A stretch of DNA of 62,944 nucleotides, filler included, from Sphacelaria rigidula (Eukaryota): assembly GCA_964200075.2 (NCBI GenBank). It is 10 parts of 10 records of this genome, joined end to end, with 100 filler letters (N's around TTAATTAATTAA, not from the genome) between each part and the next. Parts side by side here need not be neighbours in the genome. Positions count along the whole stretch, not along the records: positions 44,133 to 50,336 come from CAXNAA020021525.1; positions 50,437 to 56,640 come from CAXNAA020021526.1; positions 56,741 to 62,944 come from CAXNAA020021527.1; 7 more parts are not named here. One strand, written 5' to 3'. Every line of letters starts with the position of its first letter. Within the stretch, counting starts at the first letter, position 1. Made by a program: the position numbers and the translations under genes. Positions 49,016 to 61,910 of the stretch are shown in pieces. The notes under the pieces were generated by a model, which saw only the letters and a list, made by a program, of their open reading frames with translations, ran no database searches and was not told the origin of the DNA.

Positions 49016-49345
49016 TGCAAAAACGCAAGAATTTCAACGATAAGGAAAAGGGAGGAGGTGATTCGGTACCTCCTCGCCGACAGCAAAGATGGGGTTCTTG
49101 AGCGAGGTGCGTACCAGGCAGCCGCGGAGAAATTCGGCTGCTACTGGTACACGTTTGAGATATTGTGAATGAAGTACGATCAGCAGCGCAAAGCAGGGGT
49201 CTCCAGCCCACAGCTGGCCATCGGTCGCAGAGGAGAATGCGGCCGCAAGGGTATTCCCCTAGCAGAACTACGTGCGCGCCTCCGCGAAATCCCGCTGAAC
49301 GACCGCACTACACAGCGCCGCTTGGATGCGGCGCTCGCCCCCCCC
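49016..49345 (+). pseudogene. N-terminal relic of a plant-type (Stowaway-associated) mariner transposase
   Basis: QKRKNFNDKEK/EVIRYLLADSKDGVLERGAYQAAAEKFGC...RRGECGRK...LREIPLNDRTTQRRLDAAL, with a frameshift and a stop. Matches the recalled N-terminal pattern of plant mariner-like transposases. Confidence 0.65.
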
Positions 49346-49361
49346 CGGTCTGAGATATTAA

Positions 49362-49459
49362 GCCTTAGACCGTGAGATTAGTCTTTCTGGATCATGCATA
49401 CATTTTTTCATTTGAATTTGATGCCAATTCAACAGAAGACTAACCTCGCGGTCTAAGGG
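49362..49459. mobile_element. 98-bp piggyBac-like MITE
   Basis: TTAA on both sides (49358-49361, 49460-49463); TIR GCCTTAGACCGTGAGATTAGTC / GACTAACCTCGCGGTCTAAGGG. Confidence 0.75.
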
Positions 49460-50436
49460 TTAAGTTGTTAAATTAGACTGAACGAGAGATTCGTTGGACG
49501 GCGTGACTTTTAGGACGCGGCAGAGAACAGTAGTATGTTGAGTAATAAGGTTCGGTGGAACACATACTCGACATCGGTGCGCCCACGCAGTGTATACTGG
49601 GTGGGTCGATATGTTGCAACGCACGCTACCCAGATAAAAATAACTATTTGTATTGATACCCTGACCGACCAATAAATCGGCACCTACGCGACCCCAATAT
49701 AATTTGGCCGATCAAGATGTCCTCATCATTGCTACCCTAATGTATATTGATCGTGCAAAATGTCTTCGCCCACACCCAATATATATTGATGGAACAAAAT
49801 GTGTGTAATCCCACCGTACCAATATATGTATTGGACTGGCAATATGTTTGCAGTGCCGCGACACCAATATTTATATATATATATATATATATATTTGGGC
49901 GCAATACGTGTGCGATCCAAGGGTGCAAATATATATAACGCCGGCAATATACCGCAATATTCCAACATGATCTACTCATATATATTTATACTTCCTTTGT
50001 CCCATAAGTCTGGGGAGTAATGGGCGTGTAATTGTTCGCGCACTTATACTTTTCCGCTCATCCTATAATTAGGTTCGTTGGAAAGATGAAGTCTCAACGA
50101 AGGTGATGCACAAAAAAAAAAAGCCGGTTGTCCATACCAAAATGAAGTCAAAATATGCCCATTTTGGCCCATTTTTCGAGATTTTTTCGAGATTTTTTTG
50201 AGAATCCGTATTTACCACTCCTAGACCTAGCCCACAGACAACACAATACCATGGACTTGCCCCCAAGTATCCCCCCCCCCGTGGAGAGTGACAGCGAATG
50301 TCAACAAATGCGCGGTACTCGTCTGTAACGAAGATANNNNNNNNNNNNNNNNNNNNNNNNNNNNNNNNNNNNNNNNNNNNTTAATTAATTAANNNNNNNN
50401 NNNNNNNNNNNNNNNNNNNNNNNNNNNNNNNNNNNN

Positions 50437-50579
50437 CCTAATAAAGACACCTCCAACATTCTGGCGCTCATTACGTTCCTTCCGTAGCTCATGGGGGGGG
50501 CGGGGGGCGGGGGGCGTACTTGTGATGTTGCTCGCCTTAGTCCTTTGACCACTGACCACGCATTCGCTTCGAGAAGGAG
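50437..50579 (-). mobile_element. Degenerate LINE family 1 fragments
   Basis: 50437-50483 matches the WKKRNERPNVGGV region; 50492-50579 is a G-run plus the terminal ~70 nt. Confidence 0.65.
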
Positions 50580-51100
50580 GGGAAGCTCACACCATCAAAT
50601 TCCGTTACAGTGGGAAGCACGTCCCAAATCTTGTGCCTCCCGTGGATCCTTACTGCAAGCATGATATCGGCTATATCTCAATTCGGCTCATGGTAAAATC
50701 CTAAATCTTACCAAGCAACGATTCTATCCGTCATTAAATGTCTTTCGTTCCCCCTACATCCAGGTACATGTCGCATGCACATGCACTTTGTCTCATGAGT
50801 GTGAGTATATTCGATTACACGGAACGGCAAGTACTAACTTGCCTTGCATTTACAACGGGACAGAAAAGTCTCAACATAATATCCAGAGGGTGGACGAACG
50901 CACGGGAAGGGTCCATCCTTCGGGGACCCTTACTATGTTCTTCTGCATTTTTCCACGTTCTTGTTTTGACAACATGAATCGTTTCAATCATGATGAAGAG
51001 GGAATACGAAGCCATCTGTGGACCCATACACACATCCATTATTAATTTCTCGTACTACAACGAGTAATGCCGCGCTAGACCGCCCCCCCTCCCCCAAATC

Positions 51101-51178
51101 GCTCCGTCTCGAAAGGTATGCGTGGTCAAAGGTCGAACGACCAAGGCAAGCAACAAATGAGTGCACCCTCCCTCCCCC
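51101..51178 (+). mobile_element. Short 3'-end copy of LINE family 1
   Basis: GCTCCGTCTCGAAAGG...AATGAGTGCA, flanked by CCCTCCCCC on both sides. Confidence 0.78.
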
Positions 51179-51459
51179 GAACCAGCCCCAGAACTACCGT
51201 TGAGCGCATGATCACCAACTTCAGATCGTGCGAAGTGCCTAACATGGGCAGTGGTGGCGTAACGGTGTGCTCGGCTTCTTTATCTTGATTTAGATATATA
51301 CTTTTGCCTCTTCAAATCAAATGCTTTTTTCTTTTCTCTTTTTTTGGGGGTGAGCTATCGCAGGGTCCCCAAATATCTACCCCTTTGACGGCAAAGTGGT
51401 ACTATCTGCAGACGTCTCCGTACATCGAAACTGTGCACATGTTGGACATATCAACTCCC

Positions 51460-51735
51460 TGTAGCTCTAGCTACCTCTTTTTTAGCGTAGCTCCCTAGCA
51501 AGCTATGAGAGCTACATGAGCTACACATGTTTGCCCTATGTGAGCTACCAACCCGTAGCTCATGAGCTCATTTTCGTCCTGGGTGAGCTATGAGAGCTGC
51601 ATGAGTCACGCATGTTTGCTCTGGATGAGCTACCAACCCGTAGCTCATCAACTCATATTCGTCCTGGGTGAGCTATGAGAGCCGCATGAGCTACGCATGT
51701 TTGCTCTGGGTGGGCCATCAGACGTAGCTCACATG
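51460..51735. repeat. ~85-bp tandem repeat rich in GAGCT/AGCTC
   Basis: CATGTTTGC...GAGCTACCAACCCGTAGCTCAT...TCGTCCTGGGTGAGCTATGAGAGC, about 2.5 copies. Confidence 0.8.
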
Positions 51736-53493
51736 TGCATGTTTGACTACGAGTGAGATGCGGCCCGCAGATGAGCTGGCTCATGGGCTGTCCGACGCGT
51801 GGAAGTATGTAAGAACGTTCGCAATGGCACACACTGGTGCCTCCACTATTGAGGTCGTCTTTCGAAAGGTGGGGCACCGCGTCACGACAGCAGAATTGGC
51901 TTGCAGGACTACTCCTTCGCTGGGTGATGCTCAACGCACTTCAAGCGTCGAGTTGCACGTATAGGCCATCAATTACTGCTCAAAACTGCAAGCGCACCGC
52001 ATAGAAGTGAGACCCTTGTTGTACATGGATGGGAACAAAGGGTATCTCCGGCAGATCTCCCGTATCATAATCGTACTGTGCTACCGTGATTTAGCGAATT
52101 ATTTACCCAACGAAGACCGTACAGGGAGCAGCGAAACGCTGCAATTATGCCGAGGTAACTGGGGTAGACGGAGCTAGGTTGGGCGCCAGGAGAGTCTCAT
52201 TTTCTTGAGTTTTTCTGCAACATCCAACTTTCACGGACACGAAAACACTTCGTGTGTCTTGGTGTCTTGGTGTGTTTGTGTGTGTGTGTGTGTGTTTCCT
52301 TATCTTCATCTTCGTGCAAAAGTGCTCATAAACGAGGTGGGTCAACCCTTAGTTTCCTCCCAACTTGTCCATGCTTGACTCATTCTTGAAGTATTCAATA
52401 AACGCTGACCATAACCCTACGATAACCCGGACCCAAGACATACCGTGAACCCTCGGGCAATGGGAGTGCAATAGGATGCCTTAGGAAAAGTGTGCGTTGG
52501 CAGACTTTAATTCCGCGCCTGCGGCACCGATTTGGAGAGTACTGTGTTCTGCGCACGCTAGGAAGCACGAAGGGCGGTCAGCCCCACTGAAGATCCGCAT
52601 ATTTATGATTATACCCAAACCAAGCACATCAGGGCGTGTCTTAGCATATTAATTTTCGATTGGAAGTGTGCGGTGGAGAACAAAAACCGCGGTCTGCGGT
52701 GGAAACATTTGGGCACGAAATGCTCAAAAAGCGTGATCACGTCATGTCCAAGAAACCGATGAAAGGTGACAAACTACGTAAAACTCACGAAAAAAAGACT
52801 TCACGTACTGTGGGAAACCTTGCTGAATAGTTTCACCCAGCTGCATCCCCCTCCCCCACCGGTAGGACATCAATAACACGGCGGAACGTGCTCAGTCTTC
52901 CATTTTTTTTTTCAAGAGACGATGGGCAGTTTTTCCACGAACTGCGTTCCAGCCAGATGCTCCACGTTCGTTCATTGTATTTCGCCCTGTAGACGATCGT
53001 TTTTTGCCACGATTGTGTTCTGTGGGGTATAGCGGCTGAAATTCAGGTATTAACCTTAGTATAATCAGGTGTTTTCTCGACAGAACACCCTTGCTGACTG
53101 TACCGGAGTGTTCGAAACATGGCTCGATACACTGTCGAACCCTACGGGGATGTTCAACTTACGCTCCGGTTTGGTAATACTTCCTAGCCAAAAATTGCCC
53201 ACTCTCGGATGAACCCCATCAATACAGAACACAACCTCGATTCCTTCGACATGCCATGGCGTCGGTTCTATGAGCACTTTCGCCAGCTGCTGGTGAGTTT
53301 TTTTTCTTCAGCAACACATCATGCTTCCGATACTTGGGCATCTCGTCGCCAAGTTGTATTGGCGAATCGTGGGCAACGCAATGCTCAAAATCCCAAGTGA
53401 TGAGGCGGGTATACTCCAGCTTGGCGCCATGAAACAACGGTTGAAACATACTTGCATTGTTGTCGAACCGTAACGCCAAGGCTGAATCTGAGG

Positions 53494-53832
53494 CCGTGTC
53501 TCAGCACATGACTTTTCGATCAAAAACGTGCGGTAAAAAACAGAACTCCCGATCTGATACGTCGTGATCACAACCATCTTCAAAATAAAGGACGATGGTT
53601 GAAATCACGACGCATCAGATCGCAGTTCCCCTTTTTTCACCGCACATTTTCGATCGAAATAAAAAGTGCTGAGACACGTCCTTACCGATACTTTTCGGTG
53701 TCTAAAACGTGCGGTGGAATCGAATTTGCTCGTACCTTATACGTCCACGGCATTGATTTCCTCACATGGTCGACAACATAAATGCCGCGGGCGTATCACG
53801 TACTGTGAGCGAATTCGATTCCACCGCACGTT
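53494..53832. repeat. Two adjacent imperfect fold-back structures
   Basis: CGTGTCTCAGCAC...GTGCTGAGACACG and AAACGTGCGGTGGAATCGAATT...AATTCGATTCCACCGCACGTTT. Confidence 0.8.
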
Positions 53833-54818
53833 TGGGATACCAATTATTGTTTGGTGTGAGACCCGGCCTAATCCTGAATAACCGACCACACCCACAACCC
53901 ATGGAAGAAAGACAAGTCTCGGGCAAGGGCAACAGGGATGCACACTGTTCCCGACGCAATGGAAAAAAAATAATATAATATAATATAAGGGTGAGGATTA
54001 GTTTTTTTTTGGAAAAAGGAGTACAATGCAATACCATACACACACAGATGCACACAGGACGTCTAACCTAATGGGTTGGGGTTGGGTTAGTTTTTTTAGA
54101 AAAAGTGTAGACAATATGGAGTTTGTTTCGGCTCAAGGCGTTCGAGACGCTACACTTATGTTAATCCCAAAGTTCCTGCTGAGGGAACCACCACATAAAG
54201 GGGACAAATTCCCACAGGTGTCTGTCAACGGATCACATCCTCGCATTGGCGACACCATGAGCGAGTTCGTACGCTTCACGAACATAAGCTTCCGGGTTCG
54301 AATCCCAAATATCACCAAAATTGTGGGTACCATAAAAAAATGGTCGATACCCTCCAAAGCAGAGTTTAGAAATCAAGGAAAATGTCTTCCGATGATTGTC
54401 GGTTGGGTAACCCAACACACGTAACAGATATGTGGATCAAAATGGAAGTTTCCAACCGCTAGCTGCCGTGAACGCTTACTCCTACAAAAACTCCAAGAGG
54501 TTCATGGAAGGGGGGCGTGATGGGGGGAACCACAACGTAAAGGGAACAACTCCCACAAGTGTCAAGGTACCATCTTTTCAAACTCCGTCCCATAAGTAAG
54601 GGTCACCTATGGGAGTGCAAACGTCCTCGGGAATCAACGAACCTTTCGATTTCGGAGAATGACGAAGATGATAAAAACGAACTTGGTGACAAAGAAGAAC
54701 GGAAAAATTCCTCCCAAATACTCACACAGCTACGTCGAACGAGTAAAACACAGAGAAAAACGGAAACACAACAAGGGATGGAAAATATATATATATTTAC
54801 ATATAGTGCAGTTTTCAC

Positions 54819-55728
54819 CTTCGAGGGGGTCCAATTCAGCGGTGGATGATCCCATTTCAGCTTCGAAATCTCCTTCCCTTCCTCCTTCAGCTCCTCCTCC
54901 ATAACCCCCGTCATTCTCCATCTCCATCATCATGGCGTTATCTCCCGGCCCCCCACTGTCAACACCGTGATACGGAGACCACCTCTTGCTACTAATACCT
55001 CCCCCCTCGTTTCCCCTCCGTCGATGATGAGAGCATCGGCGCTTCCTCCTCCCTCCGACATCCACCTTTGACACAGCCGAAACACGCCCGCCAGACTCCC
55101 CTCCATCTCTCAATTCTCCCCGCCGCCACTCATCACCATTCCCCTCCTGTTCATCAGAGCTGTCCCCCAAAAAAGTCTTCCCGCCCCTGACCCGGCTGCC
55201 GCCGCCAACCATTTGCTGTCGTTTCCCATCGTCGGCGCGGACATCAACATCACCACTCAAAACCCACGTCCAAAATCTGGAAGACCCTGGAAAACCGTCC
55301 ACTCCCGATGCTGCGGCTGCGGCCTCCGGTGGCGATGATAGTACATCCCCGTCTTCGTTCTCGCTTTTCTCTTCCCGGAGCTCTTCCCCGATAACATGCA
55401 ATCCCCCGTTTGCCTTGTTGCCGACTCCAACTTTTACCCCTACTGTACGACTATCAGTTACACCAATATCCTCCTCCGCCCCTTCATCTCTTTCTCCGCG
55501 TGCCCATCCACTTTCTTTTCCCCCGGATCCAACCCCATGCCCAGATTTGTCCGTATAACTCTCCATATCCTCTTCGTAGAATCGGTCACCAACACCATCA
55601 CAATCATCGTCACTGCCCCGCAAATACGGCCCCAATCTCTCCACCTGTTCAACATCAATATCAGATAACTCTTCGGGTTCGCTCCAAGCGAGTAAGCGAC
55701 GACGACCGTCCGTGTTCCGTATTTGCAC
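54819..55728 (-). CDS. Large internal exon of an unknown acidic, Gly-rich low-complexity protein
   Basis: Inside the 361-aa ORF; CAG acceptor at 55731-55729 and GT donor at 54818. Composition is distinct from the flanks. Confidence 0.65.
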
Positions 55729-56740
55729 CTGGACGATCACGGGTACGTGAAAACAAGAATGAGTTTGTTTTTTTCTACTCTCTTCATTTTTTCTTCGTCT
55801 GTTCTCTCCTTCCATGCTCTACCTTTCTGATTCTTCCATCTCGGGTGCGTCTATTATGTGATTACGTCTGGATCCCCGGGGGGTCAGTTGAAGGAAGGAC
55901 GACAACCAATCAACCAATCAATTATACAGTCATCATTCATCATCCCGGATGCGCAATAACTTTTTCGGGCAGAAAAAATTCATACCCTGGATGATGACCA
56001 ATAGATCACGTCATCAAAAAGTGAACTGCGTACAGCGTCGACTATTTGCGTGCATTGCGTGAGACAAATGATTTGATGCTGCCTGCACGCATCACACTTT
56101 CTGACGATGTAATATTTGAAAATGATAATATAATTACTGAGTGAGCTTGACGAAAACGGACAACAACACCGCCACGGACATCTCATTATGGGGGAACACT
56201 GTTAGCACGAGTGGATACAGAAGCGGACGTAACTCGAGCGTTCATGGGTCGATTTCAACAAAGGATGAACCGCAAGGTCCCCGCGGTCAGCAGCCAGCGA
56301 CGAAAAGATACGCACACACACGAAATCAAGGCCCATTTCATCCTTTTGGCGTCCCTCCAATCCTGTAGATCAATTTTGTTGGAGCCCGGAAATGGTTTGT
56401 CCAACAATCAACTGGTTGAATGGTTATGCGTAGCGCACTCACCAACCACTTAAATCGTGCATACTGGTTTGGTCATGGAGGGGCGCAGCCGCGATCTGAA
56501 AAGCCTCCCACGGCAGACGGCAGACTGGTGACGCACCCATGAGGCAGTGCATAAGCCGTGGCTGCCTCTGGAAGTAGCGATACCAGAAAAAAAAGCAACT
56601 CATTGGAGGCTGTCATCGAAATGCAAGATCATCAGTAGGCNNNNNNNNNNNNNNNNNNNNNNNNNNNNNNNNNNNNNNNNNNNNTTAATTAATTAANNNN
56701 NNNNNNNNNNNNNNNNNNNNNNNNNNNNNNNNNNNNNNNN

Positions 56741-57450
56741 AAAAAAAAAAAAAAACGAAAAAAACAAAAAAAGAAAAGAAAAAAAGAACGGGGAGGCGGT
56801 GGAAAAAAAAGGGCGAAAAGGGGGGGGGGGGACTAAGGGATTCATGGCAGCAGAGTAGATACAGACACAAACCAGTGGGCAGCGCGGAGCCACCGACTAA
56901 GGACATAATCAACAACCGATATGAAAGGACAGGATATTCCAATTGGCAGCCCTCGACGTAGCAGCCTCTCGCTTGTGACGTCGGTCTGATTCTCGCGTGT
57001 CCGCGCGTCGCCACGTGTCCTCAAACTCTTCCGCTCCCTTTTCGACTCCAATATGGCATTTGCCCAGGTCCTTCGCCGCAGTGACCCAATCGTATGCATC
57101 GTTGACCTCTACACCGTAGACGAACCACTTCTGTCGGGCTCCTCTGTGCGGGACTACCCCTAGCGCACATAAGTTCTCCTTTAGGGTATCCTCCCATTGC
57201 TTGGAGGGGCGGCCGATCTCCTTGGGTCCTCGTGTGGAGAGCCGACCGTTCATGACACGCTTGGGAAGGCGAGTGTCCTTTTGCCGGACAAGGGTTCCCG
57301 CGAAGCAGAGTTGACGTTCGCGGATAGTCGTCTCGATACGTTCGCAGTTGGTCATCTCGACCACCGCTCTGTACGAAAGAATCTTGTAGCCATTTCGATC
57401 TTTCCTGCGGAATCCAACCACTCGCAGTAAGAGCTTGTGATGGGTGTTGG
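56741..57450 (-). mobile_element. RTE-clade LINE 3' fragment (ORF2 C-terminus and 3' UTR)
   Basis: HHKLLLRVVG...IETTIRERQLCFAGTLVRQKDTRLPKRVMNG...GRPSKQWEDTL, a typical RTE C-terminal pattern. Confidence 0.85.
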
Positions 57451-58494
57451 ATCTAGTAATGCTCGATTGGATTGGATGTCCCGTCAATGCCGAACGCAGC
57501 TCCAAGTAATCTCGAAGCTATTGACAAGGAATTCCGAGTATTTGTAGTGCTAGAGCCCCTTTTGACATATCCGCAAAGAAAACTTCAACAAGAATCTCCG
57601 GAGATTTACGCTATGTACTTGACAGATGTTAATCAGCCGACAAGCACAGGATAGCACCTACCGATCTCAGGGTGTGAATGATCGCAAGAGTTTTTCAAAA
57701 GAGTTCTTGGGTCCCGTAGGAAAAGGCCCTTGGGACTTGTTCTTTAATCAAACAGGATGCGAGGTAAAGGACAAGCTGCAAAGGGTACGCAGCTCACACG
57801 AGGCATGCGCCCCAGACGAAGGTTCCACTGGATAGCTGTGTTCGGGGCGGAACCGTGGATGCTAAATTGTCGCTCCAAAAAATGGCACTTTCTCGCGTTC
57901 GGTGGTATTGATGCTGATGCTGTGTGTTGGTACCTTACGACCCCAATGGTACTCCGATTGTAGCGGGCACGCTGTATGATCAGTCTCACACGATGCGCAC
58001 GGGGTAGCACATGGTGTACAGTGTACCCAAGAAAAATAATCGTCTCAATTGCTGCCCGTCGCAATATAAAGGACATGGTTATCTGCAAGCATACATAGTG
58101 GGACAGTTGGACTGTTCAAAATTTGAAAAACTGCACCCCTGTCCTCATAAATTACAACATAAAAAACTGTGATGCACGGCTGGTCATTGCCTGTACAATA
58201 TGGTACCGTTCAGTATTTTACACTACAGCAGTAACCTATGATGTATCTTACGCATGTCCAGAACTGCCGTTGTCGGTGGTTTTACAACAACTTTGACGGT
58301 TCAAATCTCCCTCCACCCCGTAAGTACGAGCAGACATCAAATTTGGCAAACTGGTTCGACATAACACAAACAGCAAGTGTGCCAAACGGCGCCACGTACC
58401 GAGGCAGTCGTGGAAAGATAACCGTGATTCCAACGGTCTATCGAGAGAAAAAAATTGGAGACGGAGCCCCCCGCCCGCTTCCGCCTCCGGGGGG

Positions 58495-59010
58495 GTAATT
58501 TTTCGAAAATCATGATTTTTTTTTTGTCATTTTTTGGGATTTTCTTTACTTTCTTGTTGATATTTTTTAAACAAATTGATCAACAAGCACCGACAAAAAC
58601 CAAAATGTCTGGTGGGCTTTGCGAGGTTCGTATATTTGCTTCTGCTCCTTGCCCGCCCTGTCCCGATTACCTCGGATGCCGGCGACGCTTACTCACATAT
58701 ATGTGCAATACACGAGCGCACGGTAGCGACAGCCTGTAGCCAAGGTAGCAGCATTATCTCACGCCTCGCCAAATTTTCCCGGACTACTAGTGGTAGGTAG
58801 TCGAGGCACACGACATGGAACATGATCCCATAAATGTAATCATGGTAGGTGATGAGCTTGGAGGAGCGGTGTGTACGTCATCTCAGCGGTCTCCATGCCA
58901 AGGATCGAGGATCTCTGTACACGGCAGCTCACCGTATCCGCCAACGCCTGGATAATAAACTAGGGGACATCAGGCTGACCGCCCCACCCCTCAAAAACTC
59001 GATTTTTTTT
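58495..59010 (+). repeat. Interspersed repeat family C, copy 2
   Basis: Colinear with 22845-23335. Confidence 0.8.
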
Positions 59011-60067
59011 TAATCTTGGGGCCCACGTGTCCCGAAATATTTTTTTGACAGGCCCTGGGTGATTCCCAAATTTCTGGCAAAACGATCGAAAGGCCGTCAA
59101 ACACCGAGCTTCGCCGACGAAACCTCGTTCACCCGCAGTTAGATGCCATGTAGACACGGTGCTGCAAGACATTCCGCATCATGTGCACCAGGGCGACTCT
59201 TGCGCTGTCGAACAATATCGTTCTGTGCTAGGGTACTCTCTGGATGACGACTTCATACAGAAATCTCCATCGGTGTATGGCCTGTACAAGTACTGCTTCG
59301 ACTCGGACCACCGAACGCGGGCTGCCGGAGCTGCGCGGCACTGAAACTTTGCACGCTTGTCCTCTGAGGCTCACTCAACAACCTCATGCCCATAGATCTC
59401 GAGTTACGTGCTGCAGCATCGCGCAACCAGGCGAAAACAGGCCATACTGTGTTCCGAGAAACGTTTTGTTTTGTTTTTCTATAGGCGCAACACTGAGGGC
59501 CTGTCTGAGCACGTTTTTTTAAATCGAAAAAATGCGGCGGTGGGATCGATCTCAGCGAAATTTTCTCGTTTTGATGCAGTTGGGTGCAGATGGATTTTTA
59601 AGCTTTCGATCCAAGGAATACAGTAGGGGTCCCGGTTTAGCGGTTCAAGGTTCGGCTGGCACCGTTTAACCCTGGTTGAGCGGTTGTATGACCGCTAAAC
59701 CGGACAGTTGCCGGCTTAACGGTTATTCAGGGCGGTTTCAGCCAGAATAGCGGTTGTGTGCCCCACAGTGCAGCGGCAGTGCAGCAGTAGTTGCGGAGCC
59801 CCTGCTGGTGTAAACGCGTGACACACACAGCTGCGGCAAACAAACGACACACACAGCTAGCTACACACAGCACTGCGAGCGGCAGCTACCCGTTGAAAAA
59901 TTGCCGTGCGCGGCATTAGAGTTCTGCGAATTTCAACACATGACCCCAACTGCGCCCGACGGGCATCCGTGTCGTGGTGGATATGGAGGCCGCCTTCACG
60001 GCTGTTGCGGCGAGGTGGAGGATCCTGAGGGAAACGAGATGAATGGCATCTGCCAGTCTTGCTCTGG

Positions 60068-60093
60068 AGGGTTAGGGTTAGGGTTAACCCTAA
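60068..60093. repeat. Short interstitial telomere-like inverted junction
   Basis: AGGGTTAGGGTTAGGGTTAACCCTAA. Confidence 0.8.
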
Positions 60094-60969
60094 GCTAAAC
60101 TCCGAGGACGCTGCGGGAGAAAAGTTGTCGATGGCGCCACGCCGTACTAGGATATCTCATAGCTTTTTGGGCAGCTGGAGCAGTACGCAGAGTCGTGTGA
60201 TATCGGAGAGGCAGAGTTCCATCTTCCCAAGGCAAAGATGTCCTTTCTCACAGCGTAAGCCTCTAGACCAGCAGGCAGACAGGCACCATGGCCATGTTTT
60301 CGAAGTCGTAGTCGATACTTCTTTTCACCCAATACACAAGAGATGATTGAAAATATGTCCATGTCTTGTTTTGCTCAAGTGTAACTCCATGCTTCAAGTC
60401 GCACGCTGCGCTCTTGTGTGCCCCGTGTGCAGCGGTACACACGCTGTACTAGACACGTTGGCAAGAAGACATGTCATAGCGCACAGTAGAAAGGGGTCTC
60501 TGGCAGTTCTGGTGTACACGTATCAGGATGGTTAAATGGTGTGAGCTGGGGGAGGGGCTACAGTTATCTTCATGTTTTTTTATACTTCGAAGTAGAGTAT
60601 GCGTTTTGGTCTACATTCGCTTTCTCCTGCGCACTATCGCAGCTGTAGTCGTACAAATAGTTCTACTTATAAGACACAGTCGGACAGTGAGTGTGACTTA
60701 TTCCACCCGGACGGTGTGTGTGCGTAGGTTGTAGCTTCCCACTCGGTGAGAGGGTACGGAGTGTGCGGAGCCGCGACGTGGACTTCAACAGGACAGGCCT
60801 TGCAACTCGGTTTGGGTTGAGGTACAGAATGACGTGGGTGCCTCCCAAGACGGGAGAATGACGATCCCAGACTGGGGATTGGATGATGTCAGCCCCAGGG
60901 TGACAGACCCGGGAAGACGGTCCGGGTTGACTAGCGGTCATAGAGAGGTCATAATAACATACTGCTGTA

Positions 60970-61910
60970 CAGTGGGGGTTCCGATTTAAGAGCATCCGGA
61001 ATAAGAGAATCCCCGATTTAAGAGCGGTTGAAATGGCTTGGCACACATCGCTCTTAAATCGGACCCCATCCGCACCCGCCGCACCCGCCTGTAGAACTCG
61101 TTGGAAAACTCGTCCTACAACTTGTACATAAGTAAGTACAGCAGTACAGTACGGTACTGGTGCACAGCAGTCCCTCGCCTACACCACACATAGGCAGCTG
61201 GATAAGGAGGGTCAATACTGCTGTACAGCAGTACAGCAGCAGTAGTCTCTACTGCTGTACAGCACTGTCACAGATTGAAGTGCGATGCCTTGTGCGGCGG
61301 GATCGCTCTGCAAATTTCCGCTGCTGACGCCGGACTCCCGGCATCCCACTGTGTTACCTTGAAGTATACATATTATTTTTTACTACTGCTGTGAATTAAA
61401 GCAACACCGCAGTTCACTCCCTTGAAAAAAAAGGGAATCAATCGTGTCATCCTCTTTCTTTTTTTACTTCACTGCTCGTATTGCTTCAAGTCCCTTGGCC
61501 GAAGAAAAAACATGTTCGTTGAAGCAACGACCCAGTCAGGGTTGCTCGTGCTGCTGTCTGCCGATCTTTGTCTTGACCTGACGAAACAGCAGACGTAACG
61601 ACACGGTGAAACCATTTCGACACATCTGCTCTCCCAAAGGATGCGAAGAAACACATTTCGACGCTTAGAATGCTCCTACCGAGCTCTACGGGGAAACGTG
61701 CCGCAAAAGAGGAGCTGTTACTTCACTCGATAGCCTCGCAGAAGCCCATGCAGTACTGTAAAACACATCTGTTCGATACAAGGGCACTTTCTCTTAAATC
61801 GGTCGCTCGATTTAAGAGAAAGCGCTCTTATATCGGAACAAGAGCAGTTCCGATATAAGAGCGCTTTTAGCGATTTGGCACAGACTGCTCTTAAATCGGA
61901 ACCCCCACTG
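60970..61910. mobile_element. 941-bp non-autonomous Tc1/pogo-like DNA transposon
   Basis: TA-CAGTGGGGGTTCCGATTTAAGAGCA...TGCTCTTAAATCGGAACCCCCACTG-TA (perfect 25-bp TIR); several subterminal CGAT(T/A)TAAGAG motifs in both orientations. Confidence 0.9.
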
